Shown piece by piece: positions 1-14,264 of a DNA stretch of 64,000 bases. Each line of letters opens with the position of its first letter. Positions within the stretch are counted from its first letter, which is position 1. The position numbers and the translations under genes were made by a program. Under the pieces are notes generated by a model, which was given only the letters and a program-made list of their open reading frames with translations, had not been told where the DNA came from and did not search any database. The DNA lies in NCBI GenBank assembly GCA_964016885.1, contig OZ024741.1, forward strand, positions 342,550,001 to 342,614,000, given 5' to 3'. The DNA comes from Eledone cirrhosa. Lineage: Eukaryota.

Positions 1-149
1 TTTGGAAGAAACTTACTGTGTTCTGACATGGACAGAAGATGGGCACCGTCAGGTTTGAACATGTCCAAGAGACGCTGTATGATACGACCCGAGCACCCAC
101 CACACCATCAGGAGTTATAGCTTCATACATACATATATTCTATACTCGG

Positions 150-480
150 TATATTTTACAGTCCTACAGTCTTGCTGTTGGCTCTCCCTCGTGTCAGACA
201 ACGGATACTCCTGTTGATACAATGAGTGCATAAGTGGCTGAGCACTCCATCGATATGTGCGGCCTCAACGTAGTCCTCAGTACAGCGGGATACAATATGT
301 GACCAGGCTGGCTACTTGAATTACAAATACACCTCATTTTTGCCAGCTGAGTGGACTGGAGCAATGTGAAATAAAGTAACTTGTTCAAGAGGACAACGCA
401 TCACTCAGTCAGGAAATCAAACTCATGACCTTACAATCATAAGCCCGGCAGGATAACTACTAAGACATGCACCTTCATGA
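150..480 (-). mobile_element. Degenerate tRNA-derived CORE-type SINE
   Basis: Contains TGAGTGGACTGGAGCAATGTGAAATAAAGT...TTGTTCAAG, the reverse complement of the central region of the SINE at 22022-22490; decayed tRNA-like head near 410-475. Confidence 0.55.
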
Positions 481-844
481 GATACATATTGATTTATAAT
501 AATTTTCTAGTTGCAAAAAACGCTCGACATTTATGAGCACGGTGACATCAACTTCTTCAAGATCTACTTGAAGCGGAGTATAAAGATGGAGAAGATAGAG
601 AGAGAAGTGCAGACTTCTTGAAAATTTGATGAAAATCAATGAAAATGATCTTGTCGATTTTGCTTCCTTATGGTTGCGACCATTTGCTTATCTGTTTCGA
701 TCTCCTCCAGGGGCGACTCGTTAGTTTTGTGGTCCTTCCAGCTGATGTGATGTGCCCACCTGTAACATGTTATCTCAACATGTCATCCAGGCCCAGAGCA
801 CTGCGCCCTTATCCTGTACCACAGCGAGATTTGAACAGAGAAAG

Positions 845-1525
845 TAAAGTGCCGGAACAAATACTGCGAAGCATTTGTCCGACGCTCTAACAAATCTGCC
901 AATCCACAAACTCCACATTAATAATTGTTTCTACTTTTTGGCACAAGGCCAGCAATTACCCAGTACATTACTGGTACTTTATTTTATCGACCCCGTAAGG
1001 ATGAAAGGCAAAGTTAACCTCGGCGGGATTTGAACTCAGAATGACAAGGGCCGTAACTCTATGTGTCAAAGCATGGCGTCCGACCTTCTACCGATACTGC
1101 CAATCCACATAACAGTTTCTACTTTAGGCACAAGGCCAACAATTTGAAAGGAAGGGGAAAGTCGATTCAATCGACCCCAGTGCATTACTGGTGCTTTATT
1201 TTATCGACCCCCGTAAGGATGAAAGACAAAGCTAAGCTCGGCGAGATTTTGAACTCAGAACGCAGAGGGCCGTAACTCTATGTTGCCAAGCGTAGTGTCC
1301 GACGCTCTATGGCTACTGCCAATCCACTGCCCTAGATAATTGTTTCTACTTTTGGCACAAGGCCAGCAATTACCCCAGTGCATTACTGGTACTTTATTTT
1401 ATCGACCCCGCATGGATGAAAGGCGAAGTTAAACTCAGCGTGGTTTGAACTCAGAACGTAAAGGGCCATAACTCTATGCTGCAAAGCATGATGTCCGACC
1501 CTCTGCCGATACTGCCAATCCACAT
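845..1525 (-). mobile_element. Tandem cluster of about 4 tRNA-derived SINEs (Meta-like central domain)
   Basis: Repeated ~190-bp unit. On the minus strand: A-box-like TGGCAGTATCGG, B-box GAGTTCAAATCC, central AACTTTGCCTTTCATCCTTACGGGGTCGATAAAATAAAGTACCAG, tail TTGTGCCAAAAGTAGAAACAATT. Superfamily assignment is from memory. Confidence 0.8.
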
Positions 1526-1803
1526 TAACAATACTAACGACAACAGGCAAAACGTGGAAAATATAGAAGAGAAAAATAACTCCAAGAATTGGAAGATAAA
1601 AGAGGAACAAGAGCGGAGAGGGAAATAATAGAGTTTATTTGATGTATATAGTTTTTCACAAAGGTAAGATGCTATAGTGCATGTATGTATGTATGTATGT
1701 ATGTATGTATGTATGTATGTATGTATGTATGTATGTATGTATGTATGTATGTATGTATGTATGTGTGTATGTATGTATGTATGTATGTATGTATGTATGT
1801 ATG

Positions 1804-1870
1804 TTTTCTCTTTCTCTTAATTTCGAGTATATTTTTTTTTGACCGGCCACTTTCCTGGTGGCAAGGTTGT
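1804..1870 (-). mobile_element. 67-bp 3' terminus of a (CATA)n-associated R4/Dong-type LINE
   Basis: Reverse complement ACAACCTTGCCACCAGGAAAGTGGCCGGTCAAAA...CTCGAAATTAAGAGAAAGAGAAAAC matches the 3' UTR at 16583-16646; flanked on both sides by (TATG)n. Confidence 0.8.
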
Positions 1871-2242
1871 TATGTATGTATATGTGTATGTATGTATGTG
1901 TGTATGTATGTATGTATGTATGTGTGTATGTATGTATGTATGCATGTATGTATGTATGTATGTGTGTATGTATGTATGTGTGTATGTGTGTATGTATGTA
2001 TGTATGTATGTATGTGTGTATGTGTGTATGTGTGTATGTATGTATGTATGTATGTATGTATGTGTGTATGTATGTATGTATGTGTGTATGTATGTATGTA
2101 TGTATGTGTGTATGTATGTATGTGTGTATGTATGTATGTATGTATGTATGTATGTATGTGTGTATGTATGTATGCATGTATGTATGCATGTATGTATGTA
2201 TATATAAATACGTGCATACATGCATAAATATATATACATACT

Positions 2243-2274
<32 letters not shown>

Positions 2275-2402
2275 CATATACATACATATATATATATATA
2301 CATACATATATGCATATATATATATATATATGTATGTATGTATATGTATGTATATATATATATGTATGTATATGTATGTATGTATATATAAGTATGTATA
2401 TG

Positions 2403-2434
<32 letters not shown>

Positions 2435-2477
2435 AGTATGTATATATATTTATGCATGTATGCACGTATTTATATAT

Positions 2478-2556
<79 letters not shown>

Positions 2557-2632
2557 AATGAATGAATGTACGTATGTATGTATATAGTTTTTCACAAAGG
2601 TAAGCCACATTTGAAATATGTAAGATGATATA

Positions 2633-2698
<66 letters not shown>

Positions 2699-2828
2699 AC
2701 ATGTATGTATGTGTGTATGCATGTGTGTATGCCTGTAAGTATGTATATGTATGTACGTATTATGTTTGTATATATTTATGCGTATGTATGTACATATAAA
2801 TAGACAGAGATATATATATATACACACG

Positions 2829-2920
<92 letters not shown>

Positions 2921-3098
2921 TACACACACACACACCCACACACATATATATATATATATATATATACATATATACATATATGTATACATGTATATATGTA
3001 TCCAAGAAATCTATAGAGATACACCAGAAGATCAATACATCAATATATCTTTGGCAATCAATATTTTTCTGCCTGTTTGTCTGACTCTTCCCTGTCTG

Positions 3099-3156
<58 letters not shown>

Positions 3157-3160
3157 TTTT

Positions 3161-3191
<31 letters not shown>

Positions 3192-3196
3192 TTCTA

Positions 3197-3234
<38 letters not shown>

Positions 3235-3246
3235 AATACACACACA

Positions 3247-3316
<70 letters not shown>

Positions 3317-3696
3317 AATAAATATATATATATATTATACATACCCACATACACACATACACACACACACATACAGACATACAGACATACAGACATATAT
3401 ATGTGTGTGTGTGTATGTAAATATAAATACGGGTAAGTGTGAGTATGTATGCGATTGTATATGAATACGTGTTCACATACCCTCACACCCATACCTATAC
3501 ATATACATATATACATATATATACCTATATATATACATACATTTGTGGATATCTGTAAACTATATACATATTTCATATTGTCTTTATAAATATTTATTTC
3601 ATAATCTAAATCTACGTCTTATTCAAGAAGCAACAATACGTTTCTATGGCCTCTGCTTCAAACTATTGGCAGGAAATTTTGTATCCGCACCCGCTC

Positions 3697-3805
<109 letters not shown>

Positions 3806-3814
3806 ATATATATA

Positions 3815-4114
<300 letters not shown>

Positions 4115-4254
4115 GTATACATATATATTGATGTACATGTACATGTACATCAATATATATGTATACATACATATATATATATACATATATACACGTATAT
4201 ACATATATACTTTCATACGTTCATGCATATATATATATTATATTTATGTATAAA

Positions 4255-4321
<67 letters not shown>

Positions 4322-4322
4322 G

Positions 4323-4388
<66 letters not shown>

Positions 4389-4389
4389 C

Positions 4390-4457
<68 letters not shown>

Positions 4458-4918
4458 GTTCATCCATTCCTCTATATATTAGCATCTGTGTGTACATACA
4501 CATAAAAACTCATTGACACACACATATATATATATATATTCACTATCACACTCTTATTAGTCTCTTTGAAACATACACAAATTCATATACCCTGGCTCAC
4601 ACAAACACATACACTTACACACACACCCAGATACATACGCCTGCACTTACACGCTCACACAGACACACACTCACACTCACACAGACACATACTAGCATGC
4701 ACTCAAATACATAGAACTGTATTGATTTCAACCAGTGAAATTTAAGGTGGCCGATAGCCTGAAACAACTAGCTATGGCGGCTTATTGTCGTCAGTTTTTA
4801 CTCAGCATTGGCGAACGTCATGGAAACCTTTGTTCAACGAACTTCAAAACCGAAGAATTCCAGGAGAATTTATCGATTTTCATCCCATACCTCATACTTT
4901 TAAACGCTGAAAATTTTT

Positions 4919-4993
<75 letters not shown>

Positions 4994-5070
4994 GTCTCTC
5001 GTTCTTTTCAAAACTTTATTCATTTGATAGTTTGTTTATATATATATATGTATGTGTGTGTATATATATA

Positions 5071-5129
<59 letters not shown>

Positions 5130-5156
5130 ATAAATATATATATATGTATATATATA

Positions 5157-5206
<50 letters not shown>

Positions 5207-5226
5207 CGTATAAATATATATATATG

Positions 5227-5309
<83 letters not shown>

Positions 5310-5469
5310 GCATTTACCCCTAATAATCACAAAAGACGAACCCATCATACAACAGACATACACTTACACACACACACATATATATATATACATATATACA
5401 TATGTAGTTGACGGACGAGAGAAAAGAATACTGAATACCGAAGTAGACTCACTACTTAGCCATAATAAA

Positions 5470-5549
<80 letters not shown>

Positions 5550-5920
5550 TTGGAACTAGCTGTTGAAATGGTGAGAGCTTAGCCGTTCAGTTCGAAATGC
5601 ACATCCACGATTGTCCCCCTTGCTTCTGTTGGACACCGCCAGACAGCATTAGTCGCCGGTGTTTTGGCATAGCTACGACTCTCTAAATGTTTATTTTAAA
5701 CATACCGTATTTCTTCTGAAATACGAAATTCCAATAAATCTCCCTCCCTCTTCTCTCTCTCCCCCTCTCTCTCTCTATGTATATGAAGAATACAAGAAAG
5801 AGACAAATAAGAAGATGCATTAACATAAAGTCTTAATAGTTTCACGCCTAAAAGAAAGAGAGTTAAACAGTCAACATATCGGGCATTTGCCCATCATCAG
5901 GAATAACACTCATATATAAG

Positions 5921-6100
5921 AATTGTTTCTACTTTTGGCACAAAGCAAGCAATTATCCCAGTGAATTACAGGTATTTTATTTTATCTAGCCCGTAAGGAT
6001 GAAAGGCAAAGTTAACCTCGGCGGGATTTGAATTCAGATCATAAAGGGACGTAACTCTATGCTGCAAAGCATGGCGTCCGATACTCTACCGATACTTCCA
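5921..6100 (-). mobile_element. tRNA-derived SINE (Meta-like)
   Basis: Same unit as 845-1525. Confidence 0.8.
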
Positions 6101-6115
6101 ATTCAAAGCAATAAC

Positions 6116-6331
6116 GAGGTGTCAAATTTTCATTACATTTATTCAGGTGTGACATGCGTTTTGAGATTGGTCAGCGAACGGTGTACGGGAATCATTCCGT
6201 CATTACACAAACAGAAGTCTGATGAGCTTTTGATTCCAGAATCGGGCCCGATCGATAGAAATCGAACCTTGAGCTAATCAATCGCGAATTGTGCATCCTA
6301 CTGAATAAACTTAATGAAAATTTTACACCTC
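6116..6331. mobile_element. MITE with ~31-bp terminal inverted repeats (possibly Tc1/mariner-derived)
   Basis: GAGGTGTCAAATTTTCATTACATTTATTCAG (6116) vs CTGAATAAACTTAATGAAAATTTTACACCTC (6301-6331). Confidence 0.6.
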
Positions 6332-6381
6332 TTCCATGTTTATTATTTTATTCAGTAGAGGCGGTGATTATTTTATTCAAT

Positions 6382-6752
6382 GGGCGGTGAATTGGCAGTA
6401 TTGGTAGAGGGTCGGATACCATGCTTTGACGCATAGAGTTACGGCCCTTACCATTCTGAGTTCAAATCCCGCCGAGGTTAACTTTGCCTTTCATCCTTAC
6501 GGGATCGATAAAATAAAGTACCAGTAATGTACTGGGTATTTGCTGGCCTTGTACCAAAAGTAGAAACAATTATTTTATTCAGTAGAGTGTCAGACACCAT
6601 GTTTTCAGCATAGAGTTATGGGCCTTTGCGTTCTGATTTCAAATCCCTCAGAGGTTAACTTTGGCTTTCATCCTTACAAGGTCGATAAAATAAAGTACCA
6701 GTTATGCACTGGGTTATTGCGGGCCTTGTGCCAAATGTAGAAACAATTATTT
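6382..6752 (+). mobile_element. Two tandem tRNA-derived SINEs (Meta-like)
   Basis: GGGCGGTGAATTGGCAGTATTGGTAGAG...GAGTTCAAATCCCGCCGAGGTTAACTTTGCCTTTCATCC...GTAGAAACAATT, present twice (second copy 5'-truncated). Confidence 0.8.
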
Positions 6753-6855
6753 TATTACACTCTGCTTAGTACAATCCCAAAGTACATACTGGAGACTACG
6801 CATTGAGTGCTCACTTTGGTGAACCTACAGTTACTTGACGTTACAATCCCTAACC

Positions 6856-6906
<51 letters not shown>

Positions 6907-6999
6907 GACTGTCATTTTGTATGTAATATATTATTTCCACCATCTTCTTATCAACCGATACAGTCATCTCTTTGTTCCACTGCTGCAGCTCATTCAGCA

Positions 7000-7375
7000 G
7001 CCCCTTCCTGTCTTTTCCCAGGTTACCCTCTTCTTTCCCCCCCTTTCCAGTCTTTTCCCAGGTTACCCTCTTCATTCCCCCCTTTCTGTCTTTTCCCAGG
7101 TTACCCTTTTCTTTCGCCCCCCTTTCTGTCTTTTCCCAGGTTACCCCCCCCTTTCCTGTCAGGTTACCCTCTTCTCCCCCCTTCCTGTCTTTTCTCAGGT
7201 TACCCTCTTCCCCCCACCTTCCTGTCTTTTCCCATGTTACCCTCTTCTCCCCTCTTCCTGTCTTTTCTTAGCCCCCCTCCTTTCATGTATTTTCTCAGGC
7301 TACCCTCTTCTCCCCTCTTCCTGTCTTTTCTTAGCCCCCCCTTTCCTGTATTTTCTCAGGTTACCCTCTTCTTTT
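7000..7375. repeat. Pyrimidine-rich minisatellite (~35-40 bp, CCTGTCTTTTCCCAGGTTACCCTCTTCT...)
   Basis: About 10 diverged tandem copies. Confidence 0.85.
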
Positions 7376-7461
7376 TCGTCTTTTCTTGTCTATTCCGACA
7401 CCTTTTCCATCGTTCTCCAGTACTTATCTTTACCTCACCGTCGCATTGATGTTTGTAGTAT

Positions 7462-7740
7462 CAGTACCACAGACACATATGCAACACTACCACAGACACA
7501 TATGCAACACTACCACAGACACATATGCAACAGTACCACAGACACATATGCAACAGTACCACAGACACATATGCAACAGTACCACAGACACATATGCAAC
7601 AGTACTAATTCCACCACCAATCACCACCATCTCTACTAATAGAGATACCACAGACACATATGCAACAGTACCACAGACACATATGCAACTGTACGACAGA
7701 CACATATGCAACAGTACTAAATCCACCACCAATCACCACT
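7462..7740. repeat. 23-bp minisatellite CAGTACCACAGACACATATGCAA
   Basis: About 9 contiguous copies in two blocks, no unique spacers. Confidence 0.9.
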
Positions 7741-7822
7741 AACTACAACAACAAAGAAACTTGCCCCAAAACAAAACAAGAACACAGACATACAACAAAA
7801 ATAACAGCGACAGGAACAATAA

Positions 7823-8042
7823 TGGTTTCTTATATAGGCAGAAGGCCAGCAATTTTGGGGGAGCGGAAAGTCGATTAAATCGACCCCAGTGTGTGACTGG
7901 TACTTTATTTTATCGACCTCGTAAGGATGAAAGGCAAAGTTAACCTAGGCGGGATTTGAACTCAGATCATAAAGGGCCGTAACTCTATGCTGCAAAGCAT
8001 GGCCTCCGACCCTCTACTGATACTGCCAATCCACCGCCCTAG
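7823..8042 (-). mobile_element. tRNA-derived SINE (Meta-like), full length
   Basis: Same head and central domain as 845-1525. Confidence 0.8.
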
Positions 8043-8082
8043 CGACAGGAACAATAATGACAACACTAACACCACCACCACC

Positions 8083-8113
<31 letters not shown>

Positions 8114-8803
8114 GTACTTTCGCATTAACAGCTGCAAAAGCAGCAGGATGTGGAGAAATTTGTATATTAGATAAAGACACATTTCTGGCACAGGCGGCCA
8201 AATTAATAAACATGTAGAGAACATAGTCCGATGTAGCTGTCCTACCCTGTGCTGGTGAAGGTTCGGTGCCTGGACCGTCGTTGGTTCCTGGTGCTGATGT
8301 TACTGAGTACAAGGCGATTTCATTTGCTTTCACTCTGGCAATTTATGGAGCGGCGAAAGTTGGTGCTCTAGAAACAGCATTAAGGCACAGTCTTCATGCT
8401 GTTTTTTGTTGTTGCTCTTATCTCTGTTGTTGTCTGTACCCTGTCCAGGTCATTAATATCTAAGTATCTAAAAGTCTACGGTCAATCTAATTCTTTCAAC
8501 CCGTTTATCTATTAGAAGTTTTTAACGAATTGCATTGACACATTTTTATCACTTAATGGAAAATAAAAGATACTAGATACGATACGAGAAATGACAAAAT
8601 ACTGGATACGTGGAATGATAAGAAAGCAAAAATGAAAAAAAAAGCACCAAGTCCTAGGTATACAAGATGTGAGAAAGGTAAAAAAAAAAAGAAGAAAATG
8701 TATGAAAATAGCCACGGAAATACACAATATTAACATCTTGAAAATTAAATAGCATGGTTTCTAAATTAGAATACCACTAATTTTAGTGGAGAGACAATTG
8801 CCG

Positions 8804-8840
<37 letters not shown>

Positions 8841-8961
8841 AGTGTTCACTTACACTTCTTGTTTTTACATTACTTCGGAGTAAACAGACCAACCTGCGCA
8901 CTGATTGAGTGCTCTAACTTGCATACTGAAGTGTCGGTAAACAACCAGCACAGACTCAAAG

Positions 8962-9036
<75 letters not shown>

Positions 9037-9039
<3 letters not shown>

Positions 9040-11556
9040 CTTTCTTAAAACGCTGCCTAAAGAACAACATCATTCCAACCACCATCAGGAATATACATTT
9101 ACCCGAATGTTTACGATTACCATCCTTCGAAAACACCATCCGCCACATTCAACGCACGTGTATCAAGAAAATACTACGACATAACCACCATCAACTGCGA
9201 CTCCATATACAAACGCTCTCCGAGCACATAGATCGTATAGCTCCAACCCTCACCCCTGACCACCAGGTCCAGAAAATACGTGAAGCTATCGATCAGTGTT
9301 ACCACACCAGAGTCAAATACGATAAACAGCGCCTTATACGGAAATACGAATGGACTGTAAACAAATACTACAATGACAACATCCGCTCCCACAGACGGAC
9401 CGACTACAACCACACCAGGGGCAACAGCGATACAACACCCTCCGCTACACCCCCCAACAGCGATCTACCTACCAACGATGCGTCACACCTCGTTACCGAC
9501 CTAACCGGTACCCTCACCAACGACGAACTCGAACTCCTGCGCCTCGGACCCAAGTTCATCATTACACAGCGTCTCGATGATAGACTGAAACTCGACATTG
9601 AAACCAACTTCTGTCGGACAGCGTATCAACTAAAATGGCTAACCGCCATCCAAAACAACACCGAGATCGATTACAACCCCACAACCCACCCCACACTCCC
9701 CACGTACCACCTCGACAACCCACTCCACCCCGCCACCAACTACGAACTTGACACTAAACTACTCAGGTTGAAACATTCTATCTCTAACATCCTTTCCCAA
9801 CACACACACACACAATAAACGCAACCTCACCCATGCACAATTTAACACTCTCACCAACCTAAGATCCAAGAACCTTGTTTACCTTCCCTCTGACAAGGTG
9901 AAAGAATTCTGTGTCATCTCGAGAGAGACCTACAACAACTTAGCTCTCCAACATCTTAATGACGACAGCCTCTACTCGAAAGTCACAGGGACCTCCTCGA
10001 CTCTAATCGAGGAAGGCATTAACACCATATGGACTAACATCTGTGTCCAACGACAACTGCCAAAGAAGGTAAAAAATAACATAACGACTAGAAACAGCAA
10101 ACTACCCACCTTCTACCACCTGGTGAAAACCCATAAACAAGGACCCGATTTGAAAATCAGGCCCATTGTCTCTAGCGTGAAGGGCCCACTTTACAAAATA
10201 TCGTGGCTGCTCTCCACACTACTGAAACCCATTCTACACACACTACCAGCCCACGTCTGCAGCTCAAAGGAGGTCTTGGAGCGACTACACCATTTGGCGC
10301 CCAACACCAGAAAGGACGACGGTTATGCCTTCAGTCTTGATGTGGTTGCCCTTTATACCTCCGTACCAGCATCCCCAGCCGTCGACCTGTTGACCGAACG
10401 AGTCCGATCATCTAACTTACACTACTTCGGACTCACACACACGGACATCCACCAACTCCTCTCCTTCGTTGTGGATAATGCATTCTTCAATTTCCTCGGC
10501 CACACGTACAAACAGATCTCTGGGCTACCTATGGGCTCTAGTATGTCCGGCATACTTGCGATCTCGTACATGGACCACCTGGAACGCAAGGCACTCAACA
10601 CCTGCCAACCCAACGCCGTCGCATTCTACTCCAGATACGTTGATGACATACTGATACTCACTTCTTCCCGGGAGATGGCGAATGAAATTCACCAAATCTT
10701 TAACGACACTGACCATCACGTCGATTTCACCATCGAACACCCTGAAGAAGACGGGTCACTCGCCCTCCTCGACTTCCGTATCAACATCTCGGAAGAAGGA
10801 GACATAAACACCACCTTCTACCGCAAGGCAGCGTGCAAGGACTTATTTGTGCATTACAACTCAGCCCTCCCCAACAACGCTAAGAGAGGCTATGTCCTAA
10901 ATGAACTTACACGCATCACTAATAGATGCAGCGACCCGATGGGTGGTCTCACCCATACCACGCAATTCCGTAATCTACTCAAGTCTAATGGATATCCCAA
11001 GCGACTGATAAACGGAATTAGAGACCCCAGACCCAATAGACAGACACCCACTAGAAACTTAGATAAATACAAGTGCTTCTTTAAAATCCCTCACCTGAGT
11101 GAATATACCACGAACGCCATCCGCAGGGCCATACGGAGGGAGGGACTTGACATACATTTGGCCCACACAGGACCTTCGCTCCGAAGATGCCTCTCCACCA
11201 AACCCGACGAGTCAGATGGGACGTGTTCCCTCAGCAACTGCCCGATACGGGGGGCAGATTGCCTACGCACCTATGTCGTATATAAGATTCAATGCGATAA
11301 ATGTAACAAGTTTTACATAGGTAGCACCATCCGACCCCTACATGTTCGTATCAAGGAACATGTCAACACCAACACATCTTCCTTCCGTAAACACATCCTT
11401 AAATGCGGAAACCCACAGGGCAGACCCTTGGTCACAGTCCTAGCGACTGAACGCAGCATCGGATCCTTAAGGATAAAGGAAGCACTTGTTATTAAGAACC
11501 TCAGACCCCCACTTAACAACCGGGCTGAGAGAAATGAACTGACATGGCTAATTTAA
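9037..11556 (+). pseudogene. PLE polyprotein, reverse transcriptase + GIY-YIG endonuclease, one frameshift near 9800-9815
   Basis: LLRLGPKF, LPSDK, KTHK..IRPIVS, SLDVVALYT, GLPMGS, YSRYVDD, LLDFRI, Cys linker CSLSNCP..C, VVYKIQC..FYIGSTIRPLHVRIKEH, IKEALVIK..PPLN. Confidence 0.9.
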
Positions 11557-11994
11557 CCTTAGTGACCAGTAACAGCCCCTACGGCCTACTATCTTTCGCA
11601 CACACGCACTTATATGTATACCCATACACATACACACACACATCTATATTTATACACGCACACATATTTATACAACCAACCACCTTTCACACCCTTTGAA
11701 TTCCAGCTTCTACGGCCCACTATCTTTCACACACACACACTCACATACATACACACATACACATATACACACACAGTTACACACACATATATATTTACAC
11801 ACACATATTTTACGGCTTTCACGCGCTAGCGCACTCTATTGATTTAACCCAATTGGTCAGTAGCTTTTGCCACAGCCTATCACGCGCACGCGCATTCTTT
11901 CCCTCGTTTGAATTTTCCCCATAACGGCATTCCTATGTTTTAACGACAATACAACTTTCTCCGGCTTAGCCTGTTCCCTCCCTTTTGGAACTTT

Positions 11995-12030
11995 CCCCCC
12001 GTTGATGGGCGTGAGCCCGAAATATTGGGA
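11995..12030 (+). ncRNA. Hammerhead-like motif with non-canonical core (CCGUUGA), PLE 3' repeat
   Basis: CCCC-CCGTTGA-T-GGGC GTGA GCCC-GAAA-TATT-GGGA; stems I and II and palindromic stem III present, core deviates at U4 and A6. Confidence 0.45.
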
Positions 12031-12205
12031 TTAAATCTCCACTACGGTAACCCTTCTACCTTTGTTTTGTTTTCGTTTCTCTCATTTTCACTTTTCTCCT
12101 ATTTCTCACTCACTTCCTACCTCGAGATTTCGCATCTGCATTGTCGTGGCTTTCTAAACTACATATTTTACATATTTCACAATGCTTCAAACAAACTTTA
12201 ACACC

Positions 12206-12260
<55 letters not shown>

Positions 12261-13074
12261 TTAGTGTAAATATTGATGCAATTCAAATCAAGCACTCAAC
12301 GTACTTATTCCATATAGGAGTGACGGAGTAAATATCGAATAAGGAAAAGCGAAGTAGTTTCAGATGTTCAAGTCTTTTAATAATAATGCTGTGATATATA
12401 TTTCAATGGCGACAGTGGCCACACTGTTCTGTGTGCCAGTGTCGCGACATCGTCAGACTGCTTGTTACATAATAAGGTTATGTTTCCGAGGCAATCCAAA
12501 TTGAATCGACATGGGAACGGACGAAGTGTGTGCTTTTGGGTTCTTCATCCGTACCCCTGTGAGTACCAATTCACCTCCACCGGTCTGCGCAGGCGCAGGT
12601 CCGAAGGAAGTTGACCATTAGCTATCGCAGATTTCAATGAAATTCGCTTAGTCAGTTCCCCCTCTCAGCCAAACAATGACCCATTCAGGCCTTTACCATA
12701 GTTTACTGCTACCCATCCCGTCTGTGGCAGTCAGCCGAAAGCCAGAGGGGATGGGAGAGTGTCAGTATTTACAGGTCCCAATACTACCTCTCACCAAGCA
12801 TGAACAGTACAACTGACCATCAACCGCTAAGAGAAAATATACTTAATTATAGGTATCATGGTTTCACATTGGAAGTTATGAGTGAGAGTTGGAAATAAAA
12901 ATAAAAATTTTAAAATCGAAAATCCTAAATCAAATATCAAAAATTATAAATTAAAAAATTAAAAAATTAAAAAATTAACAATTAGAAATTAAAAAAATTT
13001 TCAAGTGAGAATCCGGATTGAGGTGAGTAAAAAAATATATAGTTTGAAGTGAGTAAATAATATGCAGAGAGATG

Positions 13075-14190
13075 TTTAAGTACCTTTTGAAGCTTAGGTT
13101 GACAGATATGGCTCTGTGGGTGTTGCAAGTTTATGCTCCAAACAAGGAGTCCGAATGCAGGTCCTTCCTTGATGAAGTGATTGGAAGGAATGGCGACCCT
13201 GATCTAAATACAAACGGAGAAACGTTATTAGACTTCTGTTCTAACAATGGACTCTCTATTATGAAAACCTTCTTCCAGCACAGAGGCATCCATAAATATA
13301 CATAGTATAAGAGAAATCAGAGATCAATAATTGATTTTGTTATTGTCGCCGATCTCTTCGATTCTGTGCTGGATGTTCATGTTAAGAGATGGTCTGAGCT
13401 GTCAACTGATGACAATATATCTGCAGCTTGAGACTACGTATAGCCAAAGAAGCCCACAAAAACTGGCTCGTCCAGGGCGACCTACAGAATAAAGTGGGAA
13501 GCGCTCGTAGATACGGAAGTCAGGACCAGGTATTCGGATACTATTACATCCAAATTCAGAGAACTGCCTGAGCAAACAGGACGTTCAGACAGAGTGAAGA
13601 TTGTTCAGCGCAACAATTTCTGCTTCAGCTGTTAAATGTTGAAGGTGAAAGAGGCTTAGTGTAGCACTGGATGACAGGAGGACCCCTTGGTTCAATCAAG
13701 AAGTCAAAGATGCCATCCAAGCAAAGAAGGTGTCTTACAAAGCTTGGCTTGGAAATAAGTCCTTCTTCTTGCACTGGCGGTACAAGCAGGCACAAAGAAT
13801 CGCAGCAAAGACAGTACATACGTCCAAAATTAAGACATGGGAGGACTTTGGGATTAAGCTAGAATCCGACTTCAGATCAAATAAAGTCTTCTGGCAGACC
13901 ATCCGCCGCGACTTCATAAGTTCTACTCCACACCTGATATCAAGAACACACCAGAGGTTCTCTCTTCAGAGAGGTGCATCCTCGTGAGTTGGAGAAAATA
14001 CTTTGTTGATCTCCTAAACCCGACCACAACAGCATCTTCTGATGTACACGATGTGCATCTGAGAGCAGTGACTAATCTCTCAGGTCACAAGAGCAGTTAA
14101 AGAGCTCAAATGTGGCAAGGCCGCTGGGGAAGACGAAATCCGGCTCGAAATGTTAAAAGTCTTAAATAGAGAAGGTATTCTGTAGCTCAA
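13075..14190 (+). pseudogene. Degraded RTE-clade LINE (APE endonuclease to start of RT)
   Basis: LQVYAPN, GRNGDPDLNTNGETLLDFCSNNGLSIMKTFFQH, SIIDF, FWQTIRR, LKCGKAAGEDEI..EMLK; many stops and frameshifts. Confidence 0.75.
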
Positions 14191-14264
14191 GAAGAAGAAT
14201 ATGTATATATATATACATACACAAATTAACTCGAATATCGAGTTTTGAGACGCGAGTGTATTAG

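Larger units (their letters stand above)
9037..12208 (+). mobile_element. Penelope-like retroelement (RT + C-terminal GIY-YIG), near full length, in (TA)n
   Basis: RT and endonuclease motifs in 9037-11556, 3' non-coding tail with hammerhead-like motif, (TA)n on both sides. Confidence 0.9.

Noticed and set aside
5832-5905. Minus-strand CTGATGA...GAAAC candidate
   Set aside because: Stems I and II not convincingly paired; possibly decayed, not counted
6219-6270. CTGATGA...GAAA hammerhead candidate inside the MITE
   Set aside because: No stem I and no stem II closing next to GAAA
7462-7740. CRISPR-like 23-bp repeats
   Set aside because: Contiguous units without unique spacers, no cas genes, eukaryotic context
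8220-8460. GC-richer segment as a possible host exon
   Set aside because: No recognisable domain, stops nearby, no convincing splice context
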